Source: Myxococcota bacterium (GTDB taxonomy: Bacteria > Myxococcota_A > UBA796 > SXON01). Taken from it: a stretch of DNA of 64,000 bases. Shown piece after piece: positions 10,074 through 20,341 of this stretch. Every line of letters begins with the position of its first letter. Positions within the stretch are counted from its first letter, which is position 1. The notes beneath the pieces are model-generated. The model had not been told where the DNA came from. It ran no database searches and saw only the letters and a list, made by a program, of their open reading frames with translations. Location: positions 96,001 through 160,000 of the forward strand of contig JAZKFH010000013.1 in the NCBI GenBank assembly GCA_040386535.1. Direction: 5' to 3'. The translations under genes and the position numbers were made by a program.

Positions 10074-10559
10074 CTACACCTCGTCGACCTGCTCGTCGCA
10101 GTCGTTGTCCAGGCCGTCGTCGGGGAGCTCGACCGCGCCGGTGTGGCTGGTGGGGTCCACGTCGTCACAGTCGTCGCACTGGTCGACGTACCCGAGCGGC
10201 GGATCACAGGCGTAGATCACGTCGTCCGGATCGCCGTGCCCGTCGCGGTCGGCGTCGTTGCAGTAGGCGGCGCCGCCCTCGTCCACCTGGAAGTCACAGT
10301 CGTCGTCCGCCGCGTTGCACGCCTCGATGGCGGCCGGGTTCACGTTCCGATCCCCCTCGTCACAGTCTCCGCCCGCCGTCGCGAACCCCAGCGGCGGGTC
10401 GCAGGCCTGGATGGCGTCCGCGTCGCTCCCGTAGCCGTCGCCGTCACTGTCGCGGAACCACGTGACCGGCGTGACGCCGCCCGAACAGGTCACCGTCACC
10501 GCGTCCCCGTCCAGATCGGACAGATCGATCCAACACCCCAGAATCCCCCAAAGGATCAT
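10074..10559 (-). CDS. Small Cys/Asp-repeat (putative metal-binding motif, MopE-related) protein
   Basis: Start ATG 10559; DxDGDGYG and DCD...PxAxExCxxxDDDCD repeats. Confidence 0.75.
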   Translation of the reverse strand: MILWGILGCWIDLSDLDGDAVTVTCSGGVTPVTWFRDSDGDGYGSDADAIQACDPPLGFATAGGDCDEGDRNVNPAAIEACNAADDDCDFQVDEGGAAYCNDADRDGHGDPDDVIYACDPPLGYVDQCDDCDDVDPTSHTGAVELPDDGLDNDCDEQVDEV

Positions 10560-10723
10560 GGTTTCCCCCTTTCCAACCTGATGATCAGGAGGTAGACACC
10601 TCGTCGGGAACCGCAGGCGCGGCCCATTGTCCGAGCAGGAGGGCCGAACAGCAGCCCACATACGGGGAGGCGGTGTAAGCCCCACGCCCTCTCCCCGTTC
10701 TGCCCTCGCCAAAGGAGAGTCCC

Positions 10724-10993
10724 ATGACCCGCCGCCTCGTCGCCTCCCTCCTCATCGCGCTCCTCGCCCCGACCACCGCCCTCGCCTGCGCGATGCCGCG
10801 CCGCTTCGAGGCCAAGGCGCTGGCCAACGTGATGGACGAGATCGACGCCGCCGCCGCGCCGGCCGCCCCGGTGCAGGCCGCGCCCGTACAGACAGCGCCG
10901 GCGGTCCAGACCGTCGCGTCGGCGCAGGCTTCCGCACAGGCCTCCGTGCCGACCTCGATGATCCCCGAAGCCGCCGCGGCGCAGACCCCGTGA
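10724..10993 (+). CDS. Small secreted Ala/Pro-rich hypothetical protein
   Basis: AAGGAG RBS; signal peptide MTRRLVASLLIALLAPTTALA. Confidence 0.65.
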   Translation: MTRRLVASLLIALLAPTTALACAMPRRFEAKALANVMDEIDAAAAPAAPVQAAPVQTAPAVQTVASAQASAQASVPTSMIPEAAAAQTP

Positions 10994-11054
10994 ACGGGGG
11001 CACCGCGGTGACCACGACCCCGATGACTACGACCCCGGTGCTACGCTCGCCGCC

Positions 11055-12212
11055 ATGAACCGGGCCGCCCTCCTCCTCCTCGCGGGTTGCGCGGCGTCCG
11101 CCGCCCCTCCGATCGCACCCGCCTTCCCGCCCGCGTCGGCCGAGGCGGGGCTCGCCGTGCTCCGTGGGGCCGACTGCGCGACGTGCCACACCATCCCCGG
11201 CGTCGAGGTTCCCGGCCGAACCGCCTCGTGTGTCGGCTGCCACGCCTGGGTCAAGACGGTCGCGCAGAACCCGAAGGCGCGCGCGGTCGCGATGTCCGTG
11301 TTCCCGAAGTGGGAGCGCTACGAGCGCAGCGTCCGCTCCTACGCGGAGGTGCCCGACCTCGGCGCGGCGGCGGCGCGGCTGGACCCCGCGTGGTGGGGCC
11401 GCTACCTCCACGATCCGCACGATCTGCGCCCCGCCATGGACGAGACCATGGTGCGCGTGGGCCTCGACGCGTCCGCGCTCGACGCGATCTCCGCGTGGGC
11501 GGCCAGCCGCGTGGTGCCCGTGCCCGCCACGCCCGCCCCCGACCCCGCCAACCTCGCGCGCGGCGAGGCCCTGTTCACGACGAAGGGGTGCGTGGCCTGC
11601 CACACGTTCGGCGCCTGGGGCGCGGGCCACGCTGGCGTCCCGGCCGCGCCCGACCTGCGCCACGCGCGTGACCGCATGACCGACGATGCCGTCGTCGCCT
11701 GGATCGTGGACCCCTCCGCCGTGAGCCCTGGCGCCACAATGCCCGCGCTCGGGGTCACCCGGGACGAAGCGATCGCCCTGCGCGACTGGATCGTGCTCGC
11801 GACGCCCGGCGGTGCCCGTCCGGCCGCGCCCGCCGCGCTCCCCGTCGTCACGCGCCCGGTGACCTACGCCGAGGTCGAGGAGAAGGTGTTCGGCAAGATC
11901 TGCATCCACTGCCACATGGACCCCGCGCAGAACGAGGGGCGCGCGGGGCCCGGCAACGCCGGCGGATTCGGCTGGCCAGCCACGGGCATCGAGCTCCAGA
12001 ACATCGCGAGCGTGCGCGAACACGGGCCGGCGATCGTGGACGCGCTCCTGCGCCGTCGCGACGAGGCCGCGCGCGACGTGGTGCGCCCGGGCGAGGCTCC
12101 CGCCACGATCACGCGCCCCGTGAAGCCGGGCATGCCGCTCGGCCTGCCGCCCATCCCCGACGCGGACATCGCGCTGGTGCGGGCGTGGTACGCGCAGGGG
12201 GCGCCGGAGTAG
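11055..12212 (+). CDS. Multiheme (four CxxCH) c-type cytochrome lipoprotein
   Basis: Lipobox LAGC; CATCH, CVGCH, CVACH, CIHCH; class I cytochrome c module (RGEALFTTKGCVACH...PGATMP). Confidence 0.85.
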   Translation: MNRAALLLLAGCAASAAPPIAPAFPPASAEAGLAVLRGADCATCHTIPGVEVPGRTASCVGCHAWVKTVAQNPKARAVAMSVFPKWERYERSVRSYAEVPDLGAAAARLDPAWWGRYLHDPHDLRPAMDETMVRVGLDASALDAISAWAASRVVPVPATPAPDPANLARGEALFTTKGCVACHTFGAWGAGHAGVPAAPDLRHARDRMTDDAVVAWIVDPSAVSPGATMPALGVTRDEAIALRDWIVLATPGGARPAAPAALPVVTRPVTYAEVEEKVFGKICIHCHMDPAQNEGRAGPGNAGGFGWPATGIELQNIASVREHGPAIVDALLRRRDEAARDVVRPGEAPATITRPVKPGMPLGLPPIPDADIALVRAWYAQGAPE

Positions 12213-12252
12213 CTCGCGTCTTGGAGCACCGGGCCTACGACACCGGCGCCGC

Positions 12253-14787
12253 CTACAACACCGGCGGCGCCACCTCGGGATCGCCGGCCCCCGCCTCCAC
12301 GTCTCCCTTGGCCTCGGCCCCCTCCACGATCGGCGCCACGGTGGGCGGGAGGGGCTCGACCACCGGGGCCTCGGGCGCCCGCGCGACCGGGTACGACAGG
12401 CCGAACGGGGGGAGGGGCGCGCCGTCCTCGAGGGTCGGCACTGGCAGCATTCCCGGCGGCACGCTGCCGCGCTCGAAGCCGAGCCACCGCTTGTCGGAGG
12501 GGAGGAGCACCACCCCGTCGGGCACCGGAAAACGTTCGTCGGGCACGTTCGGGAGCGCGGCCATGATGCGGCTCCACACGGGGAGGGCGGACTTGCCGCC
12601 GGTCTCCTTGTCGCCGATGGACGCGGTGCCGTCGGTGCCGACCCACACGGCCACGGTGTAGCGGGGCGAGTAGCCGACGAACCACGCGTCCACGAAGTTG
12701 GACGTGGTGCCGGTCTTTCCCGCGAAATCCATGCCCGGGCGGCGGCCCTTCTTGGCGGTGCCGGCGTCGAACACGTTGCGCATCATGTCGACCGTCACGT
12801 AGGCGGTGGCGGCGTCCATCACGCGGGTGCCGCCGCCGCCGGGCATCTCGCGCTCGCTCGCGCCGGGCACCGCCACGCGCTCTCCCGCCCGCGCGAGCTC
12901 GCGTCCGTTCCGGTCGAGCACGCGGGTGAGGTAGACCGGATCGATGTGGATGCCCATGCGGGCGATGGACGCGTAGCCGACGGCGAGGTCCATCGGGGTG
13001 ACCTCGGAGGAGCCGAGGGCCACGGTCAGATCGCGGCGGAGCGGTGTACGGACGCCCAGCGCGCTGGCGAGCGACGTGACCTTCTCGATGCCGATCTCGT
13101 AGCCGAGCCGCACGGCGACGGTGTTGAGCGAGAGCGCGATCGCGTTCCGGAGCGGGATGGGGCCGTGGTACTTGCCGTCGTAGTTCTTCGGGCGCCACAA
13201 CAGCCCGTTCGTGCCGGGGATGGCGAACGGGGCGTCGTTCACGATGTCGGTCTGGCGATAGCCGCTCGCCAGGGCCGCGGCGTAGACGAAGGGCTTGAAG
13301 GCGCTGCCCGCCTGCCGCTTCGCCTGGGTGGCGCGGATGAAGCCCTCCAGGCCGACGTCGAAGCCGCCGGAGATGGCGACGACGTTGCCGGTCTGGTTCT
13401 CGATGACGACGGCGGCGGACTCGGCCCACGGACGGGCGCGGCGATGTACGGTGCCCTCGGGGGGCGGCGCCGTGTCGGGGTCCCGCTCGGGGATGCAGAC
13501 GTCCAGCACGTCTCCGGGCTTCAGGACGGCCGAGAGCGCCTGCGGAGGCTTGCCGGAGCCCGTGCGCACCTTCGCCGCGAGATCCTCGGCCGCGAGGGTG
13601 AAGTGGTAGGGGCCGGCGTCGACCCCGCCCGCGGCGCCCACGGCGAGGCCCGAGAAACACTCGCCGGGGCCGGGGGGGCGGAAGGCGCCGGTCTGCGGGT
13701 CGAGCCGGAGGCGATCGCCGCGCTGGAGGAAGCCCGCGCGCGCCTCCTCCGGGATGTTCCGGGTCGGGCCACGCGCGCCCTGCCGGGTCTCGAGCGCCGC
13801 GAGCCCCTCGCGCACGGCGGCCTCGACCTCCATCTGGACCGCGGGCATCAGCGGGGTGTAGACCTGGAGCCCCTCGAGGAAGGGCAGATCCTCGCCGAAG
13901 ATGCGCCGCACCTCGCGCCGGGTCTCCGTGAGGAACGCGGTGTTGGCGCCGCGATCGGGCGACTGGCGCGGGACGAGCACCGGATCGGTGAGGTGGTCGC
14001 TGGCGGTCACCGCGTCGAGGAAGCCCTGGGCGACCATGAGCCGCAGCACGGTCTCGCGGCGGCTCGCGGCGAGCTCGGGATCGTGGCGGGGGGAGTAGCG
14101 CGACGGCGCGGGGACGAGGCCCGCGAGCATCGCGGCCTGCCCCGCGTCGAGCTCGCGCGCCGAGAGGCCGAAGTAGTCCTGGGCGGCGGCCTCCACCCCG
14201 TAGTTGCCGCTCCCGAGCGCGGCGTAGTTCACGTACAGCTCCAGGAGCTCCATCTTGTCGAGCTCGTCCTCCAATCGGTAGGCGAGGACCGCCTCGCGCA
14301 GCTTGCGACGGTAGCTGCGCTCCTTGCCGACGAGCAGGTTCTTCACGAGCTGCTGGGTGATGGTCGAGCCGCCCTGGCGGGTCTCGCCGCCACGCAGGTT
14401 CACCAGGAGCGCGCGCGCGATGCCGATGGGATCGACGCCTTCGTGCTCGAAGAAGCGACGGTCCTCGCTGGCGACGAAGGCCTGCCACACGTGCGGCGGC
14501 AGCTCGGCGATCGGCACCCACACGCGGCGCTCGAGGTAGAACTGATCGACCCGCGATCCGTCCGCCGCGAACACCTGCACGCTGCACGGGATACGGAATT
14601 CTGCGTCCCGGCCGAGCTCCGGCGGGAGCGTGGAGAGGATCTCCCGGTTGAACCAGGAATACCCGAAGCCCGCGGCGATCCCCGCCGCCACACCGGCCAC
14701 GATGCCGATGCCGAAGCTCCACCGGAGCACGCGGCCCGCCGCGTGGCCGAGCTTCTGGCGGAACGTGGTGGGCGGGCTGGGGCTCAT
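12253..14787 (-). CDS. Class A penicillin-binding protein (PBP1A family)
   Basis: TM anchor; GT51 motifs EDRRFFEHEG, GGSTITQQL, RKLRE; transpeptidase motifs SAFK, SLN, KTG. Start may be GTG 14730 instead. Confidence 0.92.
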   Translation of the reverse strand: MSPSPPTTFRQKLGHAAGRVLRWSFGIGIVAGVAAGIAAGFGYSWFNREILSTLPPELGRDAEFRIPCSVQVFAADGSRVDQFYLERRVWVPIAELPPHVWQAFVASEDRRFFEHEGVDPIGIARALLVNLRGGETRQGGSTITQQLVKNLLVGKERSYRRKLREAVLAYRLEDELDKMELLELYVNYAALGSGNYGVEAAAQDYFGLSARELDAGQAAMLAGLVPAPSRYSPRHDPELAASRRETVLRLMVAQGFLDAVTASDHLTDPVLVPRQSPDRGANTAFLTETRREVRRIFGEDLPFLEGLQVYTPLMPAVQMEVEAAVREGLAALETRQGARGPTRNIPEEARAGFLQRGDRLRLDPQTGAFRPPGPGECFSGLAVGAAGGVDAGPYHFTLAAEDLAAKVRTGSGKPPQALSAVLKPGDVLDVCIPERDPDTAPPPEGTVHRRARPWAESAAVVIENQTGNVVAISGGFDVGLEGFIRATQAKRQAGSAFKPFVYAAALASGYRQTDIVNDAPFAIPGTNGLLWRPKNYDGKYHGPIPLRNAIALSLNTVAVRLGYEIGIEKVTSLASALGVRTPLRRDLTVALGSSEVTPMDLAVGYASIARMGIHIDPVYLTRVLDRNGRELARAGERVAVPGASEREMPGGGGTRVMDAATAYVTVDMMRNVFDAGTAKKGRRPGMDFAGKTGTTSNFVDAWFVGYSPRYTVAVWVGTDGTASIGDKETGGKSALPVWSRIMAALPNVPDERFPVPDGVVLLPSDKRWLGFERGSVPPGMLPVPTLEDGAPLPPFGLSYPVARAPEAPVVEPLPPTVAPIVEGAEAKGDVEAGAGDPEVAPPVL

Positions 14788-16384
14788 CCTCTCGGCATGC
14801 GAAGGAGAGAGCCTAACGCCGGAAGCGGCCCCGGCGCCTTCCGGGCCGCTTGCGCCCGTCCTCACCGACGTGCGGCTGCCGCTCCTCGTGGTCGAGGACG
14901 CGTTCCGCTGGGACGACGAGTTCCGCGGGCTCGCCACCATGGCCATCGAGCTCGGCCTCTCCGACATCCCGGGAACGGTGGTCCGCGTCCCGGGGGACGG
15001 CGCGCCCCCGAGCGTGCTCATGGCGTTACCGGGGAGTCGTCGCCAGGTCGATGCGCGGTTCCTCGCGCGCGGCACCGACAAGGCCCTCGAGCTCGAGTTG
15101 GAGCTCTGTGTCGCGGGGGAGGGGTGCGAGTCCACGATCGCGACGGGGACGCGCGAAGCGCCCTGGGAGGCCTTCGGAGCGCTGCTCGAGGGGGCCTCGT
15201 CCGCGCTCGGGCAGCCCGTGCCCGACGAGGTCGCGGCGGCGTGGCGGAAGCCGGGATCGAAGGACCCCTACGCCGAGCTGATCACCGGTCGCGGCGCCGC
15301 GATCTACTACGGCATCCTCCCGCCACCGCAGGACCCCACCGATACCCGCCAGAACTCCGTCCGCCGCGCGGTCCTCATCGATCCCGAGCAGCCGATCGCG
15401 CTCTGGGCGTCCGCCCGATGGGAGGTCGGCGCCACGAGCGACGGCGGCAAGGCGGCCGATCTGCTCGCGCGCGCCGCGCTCGTCCGCCCCCACTCCCGGA
15501 TCCTCGACGCCGACCGGGCGACCGTGCTCAGCGCCACCGGCAAGGCCGATCAGGCCGTGCTCGCCTGGGAGCAGCTGCGCGGCGGCGCGATGAACGATCC
15601 ACGGTTCCTCGAGCCCACGGCGCGCGCGCTCCTCGCCGCCCGCCGCCCCGCGGACGCGCGCGTCGTGCTCGACGCCCTCCCGACGGAGTTCCGCTGGATC
15701 CCCCGCGTGGCCGAGCTGCGCGTGGCGATCACCGAGGCCGTGGATGGGACGGCGGGCCTCGATCCGCTCCTCGCGCACTGGCAGGAGACCGACCCGCGCG
15801 CCGTCGCGCCCGTGCGGCGCCGCCTCGATCTGCGCGTCCAGGGGCAGCGCTTCGAGGAGGCGTTGGGCCTCTTGCCCGCGCTCCGCTCCCGCGCGCCCGG
15901 GCCCCTCACCGACGCGTTGGAAGTCGCGCTGCTCGTGGCCGTCGGGCGCGTGCGGGACGCCGCCGATCGCGCCCCCGCGGAGGTGGCCGCGCGGCTCCAG
16001 GCGCGCGCGGAACGTACGCTCGATCCCGGCTCGCCCGTCGCCGGGCTCCCGCGCGAGGACGTCGAGGCGAGGCTGGCCCGCGCGGACGGCCTGGTCTACC
16101 GGGGAGAGGCCGCGCAGGCCCTCCTCGAGGTGGACGAGGCGCTCGCCGAGCGCCCCTGGCGGGCAGAGGCCCACGTCGTGAAGGCGCGCGCGCTCGAGCG
16201 GCTGGGGCGCACCGAGGCGTCGAGCGAGGAGTGGCAGCTCGCCTGGGAGATCGATCCCGCGTTGGAGGGCGGCCCCGTGGCGGTGACGCGCATCGCGAGC
16301 ACGTTCCGGTACGTCGTCTCGGCGCCGCCGCTGGAGGTGGGCGCCGCGCCGCCCCCGGTCGGGCGCCTGGGCCCAGAATTGTAG
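14765..16384 (+). CDS. TPR-like repeat lipoprotein
   Basis: Lipobox LSAC; helical TPR-like segments (AEAHVVKARALERLGR); start uncertain (GTG 14765 or ATG 14708). Confidence 0.65.
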   Translation: MVGGLGLILSACEGESLTPEAAPAPSGPLAPVLTDVRLPLLVVEDAFRWDDEFRGLATMAIELGLSDIPGTVVRVPGDGAPPSVLMALPGSRRQVDARFLARGTDKALELELELCVAGEGCESTIATGTREAPWEAFGALLEGASSALGQPVPDEVAAAWRKPGSKDPYAELITGRGAAIYYGILPPPQDPTDTRQNSVRRAVLIDPEQPIALWASARWEVGATSDGGKAADLLARAALVRPHSRILDADRATVLSATGKADQAVLAWEQLRGGAMNDPRFLEPTARALLAARRPADARVVLDALPTEFRWIPRVAELRVAITEAVDGTAGLDPLLAHWQETDPRAVAPVRRRLDLRVQGQRFEEALGLLPALRSRAPGPLTDALEVALLVAVGRVRDAADRAPAEVAARLQARAERTLDPGSPVAGLPREDVEARLARADGLVYRGEAAQALLEVDEALAERPWRAEAHVVKARALERLGRTEASSEEWQLAWEIDPALEGGPVAVTRIASTFRYVVSAPPLEVGAAPPPVGRLGPEL

Positions 16385-16498
16385 CGGTCGAGCGCGCTTG
16401 TCGTCGTCGGCTTGCTTTTGCTCTCCGTTTGTGACAAAGGGGCCCGTGGCGAGCCCGACCTGCGCAGCGTAGACGGGGCGGCCATCCTTGGAGTCGCC

Positions 16499-17944
16499 TT
16501 GCACCTTCCGTCGTTCCGCTCCCCCATCGCCATCGCGGCCCTGCTGCTCCTCCCGACCGCCGCGCACGCGGAGTACCCGACAGGCGTCTACCTGGGCCTG
16601 CACGGCGGAGCCGGGCTCCCGCTGCGCCCGTGGGACCTCGGCGGCGGCGTGGCGAACCCGGACGGCCTGCAGGCGGACGGGGTGCGGCCCTCCATGGACG
16701 TGCGCGGGCTCGTCGGCGCGCGCGTCGGCTACCAGATCATCCCCCGCCTCGGGGTGGAGCTCGGCGCGTCGTACACCGGCATGCCCTCGACGGCCGGCGG
16801 CGCGAACACGACATTCCTCTACGATCTCGACGCCTTCTTCCACTTCACCAACACCGACTGGGCGCCCTACGTGCTCCTCGGCGTCGGCGGCTACCACGCG
16901 CTCGAGGGCGGCGACCTCGGCTCCGACTTCGATCCCACCGGCAAGCTCGGCCTCGGGCTCCGCGGGCTCATGCTCCCCTGGCTGGCCCTGCGCGTCGAGG
17001 CGCGCGACATCGTGACCGACGGCTTCGACGATTCCGGTGCGAACAACCTCGAGTTCCGGCTCGGGCTGGATCTGTTTCCCGGGTCGCTCAAGCCGAAGGA
17101 CAGCGACGAGGACGGCATCCCCGACGAGGACGACACCTGCCCCACGGTGGCGGGCGTCAAGAGCGCCAACGGGTGCCCGGACAGCGATGGCGACTCGGTC
17201 ACGGACGCGTCGGACAACTGCGCCGACACCCCGGGCGAGGTCAAGCTCCAGGGCTGCGTGGACAGCGACAAGGACGGCATCATCGATCCGCAGGACCAGT
17301 GCCCGATGGAGCCCGGCCGCGACGAGAACGGTGGCTGCCCCGACAGCGACCGTGACGGCGTGCTCGACAAGGACGACGCGTGCCCCGACGTGTCCGGCAA
17401 GAAGGAGCTCGCGGGCTGCCCCGACGCCGACAGCGACGGCATCGTCGACGCGGATGACGCCTGCCCGCAGGACGCCGGCCCGCGCCGCACCAACGGCTGC
17501 CCCGACCGCGACAAGGACGGGGTGACCGACACCCTGGACAAGTGTCCCGACGTTCCCGGCCTCGTGGACTACGAGGGGTGCGTGCCCGAAGCGATGAAGA
17601 AGTTCACGGGCGCCATCAAGGGCATCAACTTCGAGACCGGCAGCGCCCGCATCCTCTCCAACTCCTACGCCCTGCTCGACAAGGCGGTGGCGGTGATGAA
17701 CGAGTTCCCGGACGTGAAGCTCCGCATCGAGGGCCACACGGACGACGTGGGCAACGACACGTTCAACCTCGAGCTCTCGCAGGACCGCGCCGACTCCGTG
17801 ATGGCGTACCTCGTGGCGAAGGCGATCGACCCGAGCCGGTTGACCGCCGGCGGCTTCGGCGAGACCCGCCCCGTCGGCGACAACAAGTCCTCGAAGGGGC
17901 GGAGCGCGAACCGTCGCATCGAGTTTGTGCTCGTCACCGAGTAG
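16499..17944 (+). CDS. OmpA family protein with thrombospondin type-3-like repeats
   Basis: GGAG plus TTG start; N-terminal beta-barrel, DxDxDG..D..DxCP repeats, C-terminal INFETGS...IEGHTD...LSQDRA...NRRIEF. Confidence 0.9.
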   Translation: MHLPSFRSPIAIAALLLLPTAAHAEYPTGVYLGLHGGAGLPLRPWDLGGGVANPDGLQADGVRPSMDVRGLVGARVGYQIIPRLGVELGASYTGMPSTAGGANTTFLYDLDAFFHFTNTDWAPYVLLGVGGYHALEGGDLGSDFDPTGKLGLGLRGLMLPWLALRVEARDIVTDGFDDSGANNLEFRLGLDLFPGSLKPKDSDEDGIPDEDDTCPTVAGVKSANGCPDSDGDSVTDASDNCADTPGEVKLQGCVDSDKDGIIDPQDQCPMEPGRDENGGCPDSDRDGVLDKDDACPDVSGKKELAGCPDADSDGIVDADDACPQDAGPRRTNGCPDRDKDGVTDTLDKCPDVPGLVDYEGCVPEAMKKFTGAIKGINFETGSARILSNSYALLDKAVAVMNEFPDVKLRIEGHTDDVGNDTFNLELSQDRADSVMAYLVAKAIDPSRLTAGGFGETRPVGDNKSSKGRSANRRIEFVLVTE

Positions 17945-18101
17945 AGCCGGGATTCGAGCGGGGGCCTCGGCCCCCGGCGTCGACTGAAGGGGCGGTGAAA
18001 GTATGGCAAAGCTCGCGGTATGGGCGGGTTTTCTGTCGAGCTCGACCTGAATCGTCCCTTCGAACCGCCGCATCCACCCCCGACGGATTATTGCTCGCCG
18101 C

Positions 18102-19139
18102 ATGCAACGCACTGGACAGACCAATGTTGTCGTGGGGCTCACCCTGACCATCCTGGTCGGGTTCGCCGCGATCGCCATCGACGTGTCTTCGGCCCGGGTG
18201 TCCCGGCACCAGCTGGGCAATGCCGCGGAGGCCGCCGCGCATGCGGGGGCTGCCCAGCTCGACGGCTCGGTCGAGGGCATGGACGCGGCGCGGGCCTCGG
18301 CCCTGGTGGTGGCCGAGGAGAACTTCGTGGCGGGGCTCCCGGTGAACCTCGATCTGAACGCCGACAACACCCCCGAGGGGGACGTCGTGCTCGGCTTCTG
18401 GTCGGGCGGCGCGTTCGTGCCCTCCGCCGATCCCGCGCTGGTGACCAGCGTGCGGGTGCTGGCCGAGCGGGACGATCTGCGGTCCACCTTTGCGCGCGTG
18501 GCGTTCGATGCCGACACGCTGGCGGCGGGTGACTTCGCGATCGCGCAGGCCGGTGGCCCCTCCGAGTCGGAGTGCCCGCTTCCCCTTGCCCTGGCGGACT
18601 GTGAGATCGCCGCGGTGGCGGACTCGTGCAACCTGAACGTGGTGCTCAACAGTGACCGCCTCGACAACGGCGCCTGGGCCCGCAAGGGTGGCGCGCAGGC
18701 CAACGCGTCCTACATCCGGAATTCGCTCAACTCCGCCACGTGCGCGGCCGAGAGTGAGATGGGCGAGATCCTCACGTTGAACAACGGCTCGGTCGCCAGC
18801 GGCCTCAAGGAGCTCAGCGACGCGGTGAACGCCTCCACCACCCTCTGGGATCCCGTCACCATGGGCGTCCAGCCCACCAAGCTCGCCAACAGCAGCATCA
18901 GCTCCTACGGCAAGGTCTTCTACGGCCAGCTCATGGTCTTCCATGACCCCGGCAACTGCACGAACACCAAGTACAACGGCACCCGCGAGGTCATCGGCTA
19001 CGCGACCGCCGTGGTGTACGACGTGGTGCCCACCGGCGGAAGCAAGTCGCTGAGGATGCGAATCGCGTGCGACGAGAACCCCGCGGCGGGCGGCGGTGCC
19101 TACTTCGGAACGACTGTGCCCCCCCGGTTCGTCCGTTGA
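18102..19139 (+). CDS. TadG-like Flp pilus assembly protein
   Basis: N-terminal G-cleavage and hydrophobic helix (LVGFAAIAIDVS...QLGNAAEAAAHAGA) typical of TadG N-termini. Confidence 0.8.
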   Translation: MQRTGQTNVVVGLTLTILVGFAAIAIDVSSARVSRHQLGNAAEAAAHAGAAQLDGSVEGMDAARASALVVAEENFVAGLPVNLDLNADNTPEGDVVLGFWSGGAFVPSADPALVTSVRVLAERDDLRSTFARVAFDADTLAAGDFAIAQAGGPSESECPLPLALADCEIAAVADSCNLNVVLNSDRLDNGAWARKGGAQANASYIRNSLNSATCAAESEMGEILTLNNGSVASGLKELSDAVNASTTLWDPVTMGVQPTKLANSSISSYGKVFYGQLMVFHDPGNCTNTKYNGTREVIGYATAVVYDVVPTGGSKSLRMRIACDENPAAGGGAYFGTTVPPRFVR

Positions 19140-19153
19140 CGAAGGAGATCTCC

Positions 19154-19567
19154 ATGGCTCGTCGCCCTGTCCGTCGCGGTGCCGCGGCGCTCGAATTCGC
19201 GCTCGTGTTGCCCGTGCTGCTCGCCCTCACGGTCGGCATCATCGACTTCGGATGGTACTTCCAGGCCAACGGGCGTGTCGTGGCCGCGGTTCGCGAGGGG
19301 ACCCGCCTCGGCGTCACCTACGCGACCGATGACAGCCCCACCCCCGAAGACGCCGCCGAGGCGCGCATCGCCGCGGTCCTCACCGAGTACAACTTCGACG
19401 CCGCCTCCGCCGACGTGGTGACCGAGTACATCGGGACCGCGCCGGACGAGATGCTCAAGGTCACGGTCACGCTGCCGTTCGATCCGCTCATCGGGCTGGT
19501 CCGCGTGGTGCTGCCGGTCGAGTTGAAGGCCTCGATGACCATGCTGCTGGAGCAGCAGGACAGCTAG
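19154..19567 (+). CDS. TadE/TadF-family pseudopilin
   Basis: AAGGAG RBS; RRGAAALEFALVLPVLL...IIDFG...AVREGTR. Confidence 0.88.
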   Translation: MARRPVRRGAAALEFALVLPVLLALTVGIIDFGWYFQANGRVVAAVREGTRLGVTYATDDSPTPEDAAEARIAAVLTEYNFDAASADVVTEYIGTAPDEMLKVTVTLPFDPLIGLVRVVLPVELKASMTMLLEQQDS

Positions 19568-19597
19568 GAACGACCGCTCTCGTTCCGCGTCCCCGGC

Positions 19598-20341
19598 TCA
19601 CGGCACCGTCGGGAGCTCCTCTACGACGGGCGGCCCCAGGACCGCGCCGGGCTCGACCTTCTCCAGGGTGCAGCCGCACGTCGGGCTGGCGGACCAGCAC
19701 GCCTGCCCCGGGACGAGGACCACCGACTCCTCGGCCCGGGCGCCGCCTGGGCAGATCCACCCGTCGCCGAGGGCGAGCACCGCCACGTAGGCGGTGGTCT
19801 CCTCGCGCACGGGGGTGTCCAACATCGTGATCCCGGGGGTGCTCGCCAGCGCCGATACGGGGCACGCGCCGAGCACCGGGCGGACGAACGCGGCCTCCCA
19901 CGCGCTCGCCTCGAGCACGGCGCGCGCGCTCCGGTCCGCCTCGGCGACGCGGCGGTCGAGCCGGATCGCCCACGCCGTGTCGACCAGCGGCGCCACGGTG
20001 GCGGCGGCGCGGATCCTGCGCACCCGCTCGGCCTGCACCCGGGCGGCCTGACTGGCCTCGCGCCACGCGCTGCCGAACCGCTCGATCCGCCAGCCGAGGT
20101 CGACCCGCGCGGGGTCGGCGCACACGGACTTCGGGGCGACCAGGCCCGTCCACGCGGCCTGCAGGCGTGATGTGGCGCGCTCGGTCGCGATGGCCGTGTT
20201 CAGCAGCGCGTCGAGGCGCCCCTCCGCGGCGAGCAGCTCGGGCACGCCCGGAGCGAGGTCCTGGGGGGCCGCGCGCGCCACGTCGGTCACGACGGAGCAG
20301 GCAAGAGCCACCACGAGGGTGGCGAGCACGACGCGCCTCAC
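19598..20341 (-). CDS. Hypothetical secreted protein
   Basis: GTG start overlapping the ABC ATPase stop (GTGA); signal-like VRRVVLATLVVALACS; several Cys. Confidence 0.6.
   Translation of the reverse strand: MRRVVLATLVVALACSVVTDVARAAPQDLAPGVPELLAAEGRLDALLNTAIATERATSRLQAAWTGLVAPKSVCADPARVDLGWRIERFGSAWREASQAARVQAERVRRIRAAATVAPLVDTAWAIRLDRRVAEADRSARAVLEASAWEAAFVRPVLGACPVSALASTPGITMLDTPVREETTAYVAVLALGDGWICPGGARAEESVVLVPGQACWSASPTCGCTLEKVEPGAVLGPPVVEELPTVP

Noticed and set aside
12946..18703. Very long alternative-frame ORFs (1162 aa, 1225 aa; similarly 24440-27895 and 38891-42088)
   Set aside because: Antisense or off-frame to clearly recognisable genes, no motifs, and expected where stop codons are scarce.
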